64,000 nucleotides of DNA from Bacilli bacterium (GTDB lineage: Bacteria > Bacillota_I > Bacilli_A > RFN20 > CAG-826), in contig JBGUIX010000015.1 in NCBI GenBank assembly GCA_045113315.1, positions 8,670 through 72,669 of the forward strand. The letters run 5' to 3'. A program made the position numbers and the translations under genes. The notes below the pieces were generated by a model. The model saw only the letters and a program-made list of their open reading frames with translations. It was not told the DNA's origin and ran no database searches. Shown here piece by piece: positions 10,032-18,915 of the stretch (positions are counted from its first letter, which is position 1; the number at the start of each line of letters is the position of its first letter).

Positions 10032-10706
10032 ATGGAGTACGATTTAACAGAAATTATTTCAAATATTAAAAACAAAGATAAAATTTCTATTTCATACATT
10101 CAAAGAAACTTCTCGTTTGGCTTTAATAAATCTTATAAAGTTTTTCAAAATCTTATTGAAAAAGGTTATGTAGATAAAGAAGGCAATGTTAATAAAGAAA
10201 AAGTCGATTCAAATTATGTAGAAGGACCAAAAGTTATCTTTCTAGATGTCGATGGTGTTCTTAATTGTCGTTCTACAAAAGATAAATGTGGTGGCTATAT
10301 CGGGATTGATGATAACAAAGTCGCTTTGCTAAAAGAAATTGTGGATGCTACTGGAGCTATTATTATTCTTGTCTCTTCTTGGAAAGAATGGTGGACAAAC
10401 AATCCAAGATATAAGCCCAATCAAGATGAAATGGCTACATATTTAGACGAAAAACTAGCCAAACAAGGTTTGATTATTAGAGATAAGACTCGAGATGGTA
10501 ATTCTTTAAGAAGAGGCAAAGGAATTATTCGATTCATCGAAATGCAAAAGGAAATCGGAATCGATATTAGTAAGTATATTATTCTTGATGATGAGATGTT
10601 TGATTATTTAGAAACTAAAATGACACGTCATTTAATTCGCACTAGTTTTGAGCAAAACGGATTAGAAAGAAAACACGTGAGAAAGGCGATTATGAAATTA
10701 TGTTAG
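10032..10706 (+). CDS. FtsK-gamma-like wHTH fused to HAD domain (Swiss-Army-Knife RNA-repair type)
   Basis: ISISYIQRNFSFGFNKSYKVFQNLIEKGYV (FtsK gamma-like); IFLDVDGVLN, LVSSWK, YIILDD HAD motifs. Confidence 0.75.
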   Translation: MEYDLTEIISNIKNKDKISISYIQRNFSFGFNKSYKVFQNLIEKGYVDKEGNVNKEKVDSNYVEGPKVIFLDVDGVLNCRSTKDKCGGYIGIDDNKVALLKEIVDATGAIIILVSSWKEWWTNNPRYKPNQDEMATYLDEKLAKQGLIIRDKTRDGNSLRRGKGIIRFIEMQKEIGIDISKYIILDDEMFDYLETKMTRHLIRTSFEQNGLERKHVRKAIMKLC

Positions 10707-11539
10707 GCGCAATTATTGGTGATATGGTAGGTTCAATGTATGAATTCCATCCATGCAAAACAAAGAAGTTCAATATTTACGATCAAAGAATGAGAATGAC
10801 TGATGATTCTTTACTGACAATAGCAGTCGCTAAGACTTTATTAAAACATTATCCAATTGATTATTCAGATGAGTCTTTAAAAGCAATTCAAAATGATTTG
10901 ATTAAAGAATTTGTAGAAGCTTGGAGATTTAATAAAGGTGCGGGCTTTGGTGGCATGTTCTTTAATTGGTGCATGGAAGCAAGATATGGAAGAGCCAAGC
11001 CTTATAATTCCTATGGTAATGGTAGTGCGATGAGAATATCTCCGGTTGCTTGGATAGCGGATTCAGAAGAACACTTAAAACTACTATCAAAAACAGTTAC
11101 TGAAATCACTCATAATCATCCTGAAGGAATTAAAGGAGCAGAGGCAGTAGCGATGTGTATCTATCTTGCTCTTCATGGATCTAGCAAGGAAGAAATTAAA
11201 GAAAGAATGGTCATTGAATATTACCCTGAAATTGCTTCATTTTCCTTTGAAAACCTTGTAAAAACCTATGCTTTTTCTGAAATTTGCCAAAAATCAGTAC
11301 CTCAAGCTATTTACTGTTTTCTTGTTTCGGATAGTTTAGAAGATGCGATTAGAAACTGTGTAGCAATAGGTGGGGATTGTGATACGACCGGAGCGATGGC
11401 GGGAGCAATCGCAGAAGCCTATTATCAAAAAGAAAAACTATCAGATTTTGAAGATAAATTTCTCTATCTCATGATTGATCCTGATGTTGAACAACTAATA
11501 AAACAATTCCATAAAACCATTGGCAGTAAGAAGTTTTAA
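10700..11539 (+). CDS. ADP-ribosylglycohydrolase (DraG/ARH family)
   Basis: GAIIGDMVGS, MTDDS, SYGNGSAMRISP, THNHPEG, GGDCDTTGAMAGAIAEA. Confidence 0.93.
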   Translation: MLGAIIGDMVGSMYEFHPCKTKKFNIYDQRMRMTDDSLLTIAVAKTLLKHYPIDYSDESLKAIQNDLIKEFVEAWRFNKGAGFGGMFFNWCMEARYGRAKPYNSYGNGSAMRISPVAWIADSEEHLKLLSKTVTEITHNHPEGIKGAEAVAMCIYLALHGSSKEEIKERMVIEYYPEIASFSFENLVKTYAFSEICQKSVPQAIYCFLVSDSLEDAIRNCVAIGGDCDTTGAMAGAIAEAYYQKEKLSDFEDKFLYLMIDPDVEQLIKQFHKTIGSKKF

Positions 11540-11540
11540 A

Positions 11541-11738
11541 ATGAAAGAATATGAAATAAAAATCATCCTTGATAAAGTGGAAATATCAAAAGATTTCAGA
11601 GTTATATGTTGGACGGAGATATATAAAGGCAATAAACGAGGCGCAATTAAAAGAGCAAAAGAATTACAGAAAGAGTGGAAAGCGGAGTTCTACGAAATTA
11701 ACAAAATTCAGAAAAGAGGATTTAATAATGAAATTTGA
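11541..11738 (+). CDS. Small hypothetical protein
   Basis: 65-aa ORF from the ATG at 11541, filling the operon gap. Confidence 0.55.
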   Translation: MKEYEIKIILDKVEISKDFRVICWTEIYKGNKRGAIKRAKELQKEWKAEFYEINKIQKRGFNNEI

Positions 11739-12324
11739 CGTAAATAAAGTAATTGATGAATTAAAAAGAAAAAATCAAAAAGGTTTTATTTTGGAATCAC
11801 ATCTCCAAGTTGAATTTGGTTACGCTATAAAGGAAGTGTATACAAATGCTGAGATAGTGTTTGAATATCCTTTTGATATGAATGGCAATAATAAAAGAAT
11901 GGATATTAGAGCAACTATAGGAGAAGAAACTATTGGCTTTGAATTTAAATATTTTACAAAATCTCAGGAGCTTGAATTAAGAAAAGGTTTTATTGTTCCT
12001 CTTAAAGACCAAGTTTGCAAAGATCTACACAGGATCGGTTTTTGGAAAGATGTTCAAAAAATAGAATACGCAATCAAACATAACCTTATTGATGAAGGAT
12101 ATTGCATTCTAATGACAAATGATTTGTCGATTTTTAATCCAGTTAAAGCTACAAATAATGATAAGGATTTTGATATTTCAAAAGGAATAAAGCCTGGGAA
12201 AAAAATATTGAAATATCCAGGCAAGCCACAACACGATGTATCACTTATTAAAACAGACTACAGTTTAGACCATTGCGCTTATTCTGAATATTTAGAAATA
12301 ATGTGCATTCCAGTGACAAAATAA
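11728..12324 (+). CDS. Putative PD-(D/E)XK nuclease
   Basis: ESHLQ...FEYP...RMDI...GFEFKY pattern; AGAGGA RBS before the ATG at 11728. Confidence 0.65.
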   Translation: MKFDVNKVIDELKRKNQKGFILESHLQVEFGYAIKEVYTNAEIVFEYPFDMNGNNKRMDIRATIGEETIGFEFKYFTKSQELELRKGFIVPLKDQVCKDLHRIGFWKDVQKIEYAIKHNLIDEGYCILMTNDLSIFNPVKATNNDKDFDISKGIKPGKKILKYPGKPQHDVSLIKTDYSLDHCAYSEYLEIMCIPVTK

Positions 12325-12340
12325 ATAATTTTTATACACA

Positions 12341-12424
12341 TCCATAAAGAGTGTGGTTAGGGACAAGCCCTATGATCCACCGACAACCCAAGTAATGTTG
12401 GGTGCCAAAGCTTGTACGATGGGA
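12341..12424 (+). ncRNA. SAM-I (S-box)-type riboswitch aptamer, compact P4-less variant (copy 2)
   Basis: P1 TCCAT/ATGGG; AAGAG; P2 GTGGttAGGGACAAGCCCtatGAtCCAC; P3 gaCAACC...GGTGCC; pseudoknot ACAAGC/GCTTGT as in copy 1. Confidence 0.82.
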
Positions 12425-12442
12425 ATAATAAAACTATTTAAT

Positions 12443-12469
12443 ACTCCTATCGTAACGATGGGAGTTTTT
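12443..12469 (+). terminator. Riboswitch 2 terminator
   Basis: ACTCCTATCG-taa-CGATGGGAGT-TTTT; 5' arm TCCTATCGTA can instead pair with TACGATGGGA (12415-12424). Confidence 0.82.
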
Positions 12470-12501
12470 AATTCCTCTTTATGGTGATTTAAGGAGGAAT
12501 T

Positions 12502-13059
12502 ATGGAAGACTTATTAGAAAAAGACTGTATTGTTGTTGCAAACGAGTGGGAACTTTTGTCTTTGTGTTTGGAATATAAAATCCCATGCAAACCAATTCAT
12601 ACAAGTTTCTTTAACCGCGATTCAACTAAATATGCATTTGTCATTTCAAAATGCGGAGTTAGGGAATGCGATGCAAATGTTCCGGTTGATTTAACGGTTT
12701 TTAAAACAATTAATTCTTTAAAGTTTTATCTTTTTAAGCATGCTCTTTTCAGCGGCAAAATTGTTGTTCACAAGGTGAATTATCACATTTATCTGAAAAC
12801 AATTAAATATCTCAGGAAATTAGGTATAAGAACTATTAAGGATAAAACATATTTTGAAGATGCCGACAGTTTCTATGTTTCTTGTGGGAGTTTCAAAGAA
12901 CTTAGTTATTTTGGATGCAAATGCGTTGTAACGATGACAAATGGTTTGCAATTTAAAGCTCGTGATTTTTTGAACACTCTCAAAGAGTTTTTTAAGAATA
13001 GAAATGACTATAAAAAGCATATTACTTATTACCAATCAAAGGTGGGGGAGGAATTATAA
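12502..13059 (+). CDS. Hypothetical protein directly downstream of riboswitch 2
   Basis: 185-aa ORF with strong AAGGAGG RBS; no sulfur or methionine metabolism motif recognised. Confidence 0.7.
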   Translation: MEDLLEKDCIVVANEWELLSLCLEYKIPCKPIHTSFFNRDSTKYAFVISKCGVRECDANVPVDLTVFKTINSLKFYLFKHALFSGKIVVHKVNYHIYLKTIKYLRKLGIRTIKDKTYFEDADSFYVSCGSFKELSYFGCKCVVTMTNGLQFKARDFLNTLKEFFKNRNDYKKHITYYQSKVGEEL

Positions 13060-13857
13060 ATGAATATTAATAATGACAGAAAAAGACCATTTTTAGAAGA
13101 ACCTGTATATAATGGTTGTCCTATTTCTTGGGCTGAACGTTTTTTTCAAGGCAAAGTGTCTGAATTCCGCAAGGCAAACAAAGAATTTGATTCATTTCTA
13201 ATCGGAATAGAACAAGAAATCAGAGAAAGAAAAATTACGTATTGCAACAATATTTTGCTTTTTATCAGTGGTGGAGCCAAAGTGAATTGGGTTTCGCCTA
13301 AAAAATCACTTTTTCGAACATTAATTAAACTATACAACTACGACTTCAGTCCTAAGCAAGCAGTTGATCATATTGAACGGTGCTATTCGAATTATCAAAG
13401 ACTATTAAATGATGAACTTGAAATGGGCAATGATTATGAATTATTTACCGCCAGAATACGATGGGATTCTTCTATGAAAGATTTTGTTGAATTAACTTTG
13501 TCTCCAAAGAGAAAAAATCCTTTGATTTTAAAACCATATTGGATACGTGTGTGTTTTTGTTCTATGCAAATCGATATAGGCAATAACCCATACAATGATT
13601 ATCCTGACGATGATAACAAAATAGATTTAATTGCAGACGAATCAACGTATGAAGACGCATTATCTTTATTTGATTATTGCAATGGAAATCATTTTACTAG
13701 AAGAATCATGAATATCACGATTAAAAAGTTAATTGAGAATAAGATAATTAGCAAGCAACCAGATGAAACAGTCAGCGGATATTCAAAAACACATTTGTTC
13801 ACATATTCAGTTAACGTCAAACGTTATTTAAAACTTAAAGAAGATAAAGGGTGGTGA
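13060..13857 (+). CDS. Hypothetical protein
   Basis: 265-aa ORF abutting the previous stop, GGAGG RBS. Confidence 0.65.
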   Translation: MNINNDRKRPFLEEPVYNGCPISWAERFFQGKVSEFRKANKEFDSFLIGIEQEIRERKITYCNNILLFISGGAKVNWVSPKKSLFRTLIKLYNYDFSPKQAVDHIERCYSNYQRLLNDELEMGNDYELFTARIRWDSSMKDFVELTLSPKRKNPLILKPYWIRVCFCSMQIDIGNNPYNDYPDDDNKIDLIADESTYEDALSLFDYCNGNHFTRRIMNITIKKLIENKIISKQPDETVSGYSKTHLFTYSVNVKRYLKLKEDKGW

Positions 13858-13863
13858 TGGCAA

Positions 13864-14175
13864 ATGTCGATAGGCGAATTAATTGGCAATAAACAATATA
13901 TGTTTGCACGCGACAACTTTTGGTCAAAGCTTAAAGAAAAACTAATTGAAAATGGGTATGAAGACGAAGTTGGAACAGAAAGTTTCGTGGCGATAGTTGT
14001 CGATAATGAATACAAATGGTTTTATCCGGTACCAGGTATATTTATGTATTGGAAATATAGTTTAAATAGAAAACCGCCATTAAAGCAATTGTCAGCAAAA
14101 GATATCTTTGATAATTTTGAAAAACTAATTATAGAGAAGGACATTGATTTCTATAACAAACTCATTAGGAGCTAG
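13864..14175 (+). CDS. Hypothetical protein
   Basis: 103-aa operonic ORF. Confidence 0.6.
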   Translation: MSIGELIGNKQYMFARDNFWSKLKEKLIENGYEDEVGTESFVAIVVDNEYKWFYPVPGIFMYWKYSLNRKPPLKQLSAKDIFDNFEKLIIEKDIDFYNKLIRS

Positions 14176-14341
14176 AGAAATAGGAAATAGAGCTTTTTTG
14201 CATTCTATAAACAACTAAAAAAATTTTTGAATGTAAATCGGTTGAACTTGGGTATGAACGCATTTGCTTGAGCCAATATTGAAAGAATTAAAATAGGCAG
14301 AACGATCGAAATAATTTCACACATATATTTTGGTCAAATAG

Positions 14342-14359
14342 TGTACTGATAAGAGTACA
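14342..14359. promoter_or_regulatory. TGTAC-N8-GTACA operator, site 3
   Basis: TGTAC-TGATAAGA-GTACA, perfect arms, upstream of 14430. Confidence 0.65.
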
Positions 14360-14429
14360 TATTTTAAGCACACATTTTTCTTATATTAATGGTGTGTATA
14401 TTGGAAGCATAAAGTGAGGATTTTTAATT

Positions 14430-15056
14430 ATGAATTGTTTCAATTTCAACAACAAACAATCTTATATGGACTATGTCCAATCATTATCTGATGGAGATAT
14501 CATTCTCCAAAGAAAACTTATGTCCAATTTATTAGATGATCTTAAATCTAAATATTATGACATTAAGTTAAATATCGAATTAAGTGTTATTCCAACCTTA
14601 AAATCAATCGCTAGAAAAAGAAGCCTTTCTGCAGGCAACCTCTATTTCAAACAAGCGCTAGAAAATTTCTTCAGTATGCATTCATGTGATAAAGAATATC
14701 TTAAAAGCTTAAAGAATTACTCTAACTCTGCTCGCGATGATTCTGAATATAGTAAAGAAGATTCTATCCAAATTATTGAGAATACATATAATCAAATCAC
14801 TTCTGAAGATGAAAGTGGTGTATACGATAAGTGCCTTTCTTTACTTAACTTAATCATTAACCAAAGCGCGATTGTTATGTATAGACTATATAATGTCGCC
14901 TTATTAGATGAAGAAGAATTAAGACCGTTCTTAACCGCTCCAAAAGTTTTATTTGGTGGTCTTAACGAAAAAGGCGAACCAGATCTTAAATATTCAGTAA
15001 GAAGATATATGTATCAAATTCAGTTCGACATTAAGTTTGTCGAGAATAACTTCTAG
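14430..15056 (+). CDS. Hypothetical helical protein, paralog of 6994..7605
   Basis: Shared N-terminus and internal motif with 6994; GAGG RBS. Confidence 0.7.
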   Translation: MNCFNFNNKQSYMDYVQSLSDGDIILQRKLMSNLLDDLKSKYYDIKLNIELSVIPTLKSIARKRSLSAGNLYFKQALENFFSMHSCDKEYLKSLKNYSNSARDDSEYSKEDSIQIIENTYNQITSEDESGVYDKCLSLLNLIINQSAIVMYRLYNVALLDEEELRPFLTAPKVLFGGLNEKGEPDLKYSVRRYMYQIQFDIKFVENNF

Positions 15057-15074
15057 CAGAAGGAGGATTATTTT

Positions 15075-16160
15075 ATGTTAAAAACATTAACTTTAAAATT
15101 TTGGGAGCCTTTCTTTAAAGTTGCCAAAATTAATGGAGGCTGCCCTGTAAAAATTGTTTATGGCTGTCCAGAAGGTAAGACATCAATTATCTACGATGAT
15201 TTAAGCAAAGCCGAGAACGTTTTAGTTTATGGCACGACCGGTAGTGGTAAGTCAGTCTTTTTACATGTTTTTATTAAAGGGGCTTCAATAGTCAATACTG
15301 TTGAAGATGTAAGATTCGTTCTGGTCGATTCTAAAAAAATTGAATTTAATCAATATAAAAACAGCGAATTATTACATTGCCCAATTATCAATAGGGGTGA
15401 TGAATTATTAGCTAAAACTAAAGAATTGATTAACGAGTGTCATAAGAGAAAAGAAGTAATTGGAGATAACGACTTTGAAGCTTCTAGAAAGCAAAATAAC
15501 CAGCATTTTCCATATATTTTGTTAGTTATTGATGAATATGCCGATATAGCAAATAAGGAATTAAACAACACTTTATTAGAACTTATGAAGGATGGATTTA
15601 AATATGGAATCCATGTAGTTTTATCCACACAAAGAATAAGTGAAGATAATATTAACTTCTTTAAATCTTTCAAAACCATTGTTTGCCAAACCAATTATGA
15701 TGAAAAAGAAACGCGTGCACTAATTGGAGATTATGTTGAACTGAATGGTGGTGGTGACTCGCTGGTTCTTCGCAATGGCGAGTTAACCAGAACACAAGGT
15801 TTATATACTTCCTATAATGAAGACTTATCCGCAAAAGTGGATGAATGTGTTATGTCTATGGAAACGTGGATATTTGAAATGTTAGCAAAACACAACGATG
15901 AAATTCTAGTTCCAGTAGATGAAAACAACGAAATCATAATCAGAAAGAAAGTAGTTACTATTTATAATCCTTTGAATTATGTAAAAGCTGATATTTATGA
16001 TAAGCATAGAAAGGTAAAAATGAAATTCTGGACATTATTGAAATCAATTAGAGGTAAGAGATTAAATATTCGATTGGAAAATAATTATTCTTCATACTAT
16101 TCGTGTCGCATGCACGAGGGATGGTATAATCAATGGTGGAAGAAATATAAAAACAACTGA
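15075..16160 (+). CDS. FtsK/SpoIIIE-like P-loop ATPase (no TM, no gamma domain)
   Basis: NVLVYGTTGSGKS, FVLVDSKKIEF, ILLVIDEYAD, GIHVVLSTQR. Confidence 0.85.
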   Translation: MLKTLTLKFWEPFFKVAKINGGCPVKIVYGCPEGKTSIIYDDLSKAENVLVYGTTGSGKSVFLHVFIKGASIVNTVEDVRFVLVDSKKIEFNQYKNSELLHCPIINRGDELLAKTKELINECHKRKEVIGDNDFEASRKQNNQHFPYILLVIDEYADIANKELNNTLLELMKDGFKYGIHVVLSTQRISEDNINFFKSFKTIVCQTNYDEKETRALIGDYVELNGGGDSLVLRNGELTRTQGLYTSYNEDLSAKVDECVMSMETWIFEMLAKHNDEILVPVDENNEIIIRKKVVTIYNPLNYVKADIYDKHRKVKMKFWTLLKSIRGKRLNIRLENNYSSYYSCRMHEGWYNQWWKKYKNN

Positions 16161-16161
16161 T

Positions 16162-16764
16162 ATGCCTAAGGTTTTAAGTTCTGTTGATTTTCGAAAAGAA
16201 TCAAAAAAAGTATCGCCAAACTTTTTAGCTTGTTCTTTTAATAAGAACACAACATTATCTTCAAACACTAAATTGATTATAGTTGGAACGTTAACTCCAC
16301 CTGACACCGCTTATTTTTACTGTTCTTTCTTTAATCGGATTTATGGTTATATAGATGAAGCATTAAAACAATTAGGCAGAAATGGTCATAGTACTTTGAA
16401 AGAATTAAAAAGAGGTCTTTCTAGAGTTCAAACGAAAAGAATTAAAATTGACCTTTTGCCAAAAGAAGAAGTTGATGAGCACGTTGCAGCAATTAAACAA
16501 ATTCTGGATAAAAACGGAATTGCTTTTCTTGATGTGATGGATAAAGCAATCAGGAAAAAGCTAACCAGCTACGACGATGATATTAGGTTCTTTACTCTTG
16601 CTTATGATGATTTTAAAAATATCAATCCCGATACTGTTATTGTTGCAAATAGTAAACTAGCGTTTGATTGCTGTATCTCTTTAAATGTAAAATCACAATT
16701 TTTATCTCAAAGATTTGACGGGAAAGAAAAGTGGGTAAAAGCGATTGTTAACGCTATTAAATAG
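16162..16764 (+). CDS. Uracil-DNA-glycosylase-like (MUG / deoxyinosine glycosylase-type) protein
   Basis: LIIVGTLTP...YFYCSFFNRIY and GIAFLDV...SYDDDI follow the UDG-superfamily pattern. Confidence 0.6.
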   Translation: MPKVLSSVDFRKESKKVSPNFLACSFNKNTTLSSNTKLIIVGTLTPPDTAYFYCSFFNRIYGYIDEALKQLGRNGHSTLKELKRGLSRVQTKRIKIDLLPKEEVDEHVAAIKQILDKNGIAFLDVMDKAIRKKLTSYDDDIRFFTLAYDDFKNINPDTVIVANSKLAFDCCISLNVKSQFLSQRFDGKEKWVKAIVNAIK

Positions 16765-18270
16765 TTAGGATTTTAGCTTGTTTAACACTTTAACCATGGC
16801 CAAAGTATCTAAGCAACAATATTGAAAGAGTCCTTTACGGATTCTTTCTTTTTCTTCAGGCGAAGCCACCAACATTTTTGGATAGATGTCCATTGCTTCT
16901 CCACCATTATGGACAACTGGTAATGCGTGGTAATCTAGCTCAGGGTCATTCGGATATAAAGCAGGTAGTACAGCTTTGATTGAATTGCTACCACCCATGT
17001 CTTTGTGATAATAGCTTCCATTCCTAAAAGGAACAATTAAATCTACAACATTGTTACTAATGCTAGATAAGTGTTCTCTTAGATCTGGATATAAGTCAGC
17101 AAGCTCATTTAAACGTTCACATTCAAAGGCTTTATTATAAGCAGTCACACATGCATCTGCTGGAATGTTTTTACATAAAGATTCAGCGATCTCTCTACGT
17201 GGATCAATCGAATCTCCTAAAAACTCTTTGTGCTCTAATCTTCCATCTTCGTATTCAATATGAAGCGAATATTGAGTTGGGATTTGTTCATAAGGCCAGG
17301 CATCATCGGATGGTGGAATTGGAGTTTGATATGATTCAAAGTCTAAATGATAGACAGGGTATCTGAAACTTTTTAAGAAAGCTTGAACGCCCTTTTCATC
17401 AATCACTGTTGTCTTATTATTTAAATAAGCATCGATTTGAATCTTTTGTCTTTTGTTAAGTTTAACATTGCTAAAAAGCACATCGTTATAGGTGATAATG
17501 CCTTTGTTGAGATAGTCATATCCATGAAGTCCATTGATATCTAATACACTAGGAACAGGAATATCTTTATGACAATATTTCATAAAAGGACATTTCTTGC
17601 ATCTAGAAAGAAGAATAGCGGTAGGCTCTTGCTTTGTTTTGAGAAGTTTTTGAATGCTTTCAACGTCGTATTTGATGTCTCTAAGTGTTTGTAAAAATAG
17701 TGGTGATAAATCAACCTGTTCTTTTATAAAGAGTTGACTTAAATCAAGTTCGCCTTTTCTTCTATAATTCTTGTTTAAATGGAGAATATAAGTTTTGACA
17801 ACATTAAACCCACGTTTTTGAAGAACATATTTTTGAAAAGCAGAATCTATCAAATGTTCTTTTTCTACTTTTGTTGTGGCCTTTACTTCATATATTTCAT
17901 ATCCGTCATCAACTTTATGCAACAAATCGATAGAGCAGAATAAACCGTCTTGTGAGAAAGAAGCTTCGGCGATTGTTTCTTTATTCTCTAAAAGATAACT
18001 GTTAGTTAAGCCAATCATATTTTCAATATCTAGAGAACCATCTTCTTTATAAGAAGTAGTGTCAGCAACATTGTTAAAATAATGTTTAGCTAATGCTCCG
18101 ACTTCTTTGCCTTCTTCAATATGTTTTAGAGCGGACGGATCCTCAATATATTCTTCTTTCTTGTTTAAAAGAAGCCATAAAGATTTAGGGCAAGTTTTAT
18201 ATGAAACGAATTTACTTTTTGAAACAGTTTTCACGATATCTATTTTACAGTCTTTGTGGTTTTCGTTCAT
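16765..18270 (-). CDS. DUF2779-domain protein (Cas4/RecB-like nuclease plus RNase H-like domain)
   Basis: SKSKF..CPKSLWL, IDLL...IYEVKATT, CKKCPF..YC, HLDFES, YN..FE, SIKAVLP, YCCLDT. Confidence 0.85.
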   Translation of the reverse strand: MNENHKDCKIDIVKTVSKSKFVSYKTCPKSLWLLLNKKEEYIEDPSALKHIEEGKEVGALAKHYFNNVADTTSYKEDGSLDIENMIGLTNSYLLENKETIAEASFSQDGLFCSIDLLHKVDDGYEIYEVKATTKVEKEHLIDSAFQKYVLQKRGFNVVKTYILHLNKNYRRKGELDLSQLFIKEQVDLSPLFLQTLRDIKYDVESIQKLLKTKQEPTAILLSRCKKCPFMKYCHKDIPVPSVLDINGLHGYDYLNKGIITYNDVLFSNVKLNKRQKIQIDAYLNNKTTVIDEKGVQAFLKSFRYPVYHLDFESYQTPIPPSDDAWPYEQIPTQYSLHIEYEDGRLEHKEFLGDSIDPRREIAESLCKNIPADACVTAYNKAFECERLNELADLYPDLREHLSSISNNVVDLIVPFRNGSYYHKDMGGSNSIKAVLPALYPNDPELDYHALPVVHNGGEAMDIYPKMLVASPEEKERIRKGLFQYCCLDTLAMVKVLNKLKS

Positions 18271-18283
18271 CTTTAAGTAAATA

Positions 18284-18301
18284 TGTGCGTCTATAAGTAC
18301 A
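18284..18301. promoter_or_regulatory. TGTAC-N8-GTACA-type operator, site 4 (divergent region)
   Basis: TGTGC-GTCTATAA-GTACA between the DUF2779 gene and 18382. Confidence 0.55.
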
Positions 18302-18381
18302 TTTAATTATTATCATACGCTCGCCAAAAATTTCATTGTTATTATTGAATTACCAAAACAACCAAAGAGGAGAAAACCATC

Positions 18382-18900
18382 ATGTATTGTTTACTAATTA
18401 AAACTATGAAAGATGACTGCCTCAAAAGCATTTCTTCAAAAATATTTAATGATTTTGATGAAGCGTATTCCGCATTAAGAACCACCCTTAGAGAACTCGG
18501 ATTAACTAAAACCGGCGTATTCGATGGTCAAGGAAATATCAAAGAAATGAATAAGTATTTCAAAGATATGAAAAAAGGCTGTTGTAATGAAGATTGGTGG
18601 TCAGATGATTATATGAACCCAATTAAATATATCAACGCTTTAGTGTTAAATGGCGAATTAAAATTTAAACCATTTGCTGAAAGTGATTGCATGATAACTT
18701 GGAAATATAGAAAACATATTTTTGAATTGGTTTATGACAATGAGGGCCCAATTAATGGAATTGTTCCGATAATCAGAACAAACATCGATTCGAAAAACCA
18801 AGAACATTGCTATTTCTATGTAAATGACAACTTTGGTGGCAATGGTCGTGACGAATATAGTGTTAATGAACTCTTTATTGATTTGGTTAAAGTGGAATAG
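18382..18900 (+). CDS. Hypothetical acidic protein (probable paralog of 18916)
   Basis: GAGGAG RBS; FNDFDEA...VFDGQG and IRTN...YFY resemble the next ORF. Confidence 0.65.
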   Translation: MYCLLIKTMKDDCLKSISSKIFNDFDEAYSALRTTLRELGLTKTGVFDGQGNIKEMNKYFKDMKKGCCNEDWWSDDYMNPIKYINALVLNGELKFKPFAESDCMITWKYRKHIFELVYDNEGPINGIVPIIRTNIDSKNQEHCYFYVNDNFGGNGRDEYSVNELFIDLVKVE

Positions 18901-18915
18901 TGGGAGATTAATTAA

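Noticed and set aside
16765-18270. Cas4-like motifs as evidence of a CRISPR-Cas system
   Set aside because: Stand-alone DUF2779 architecture; no array or other cas genes in the window
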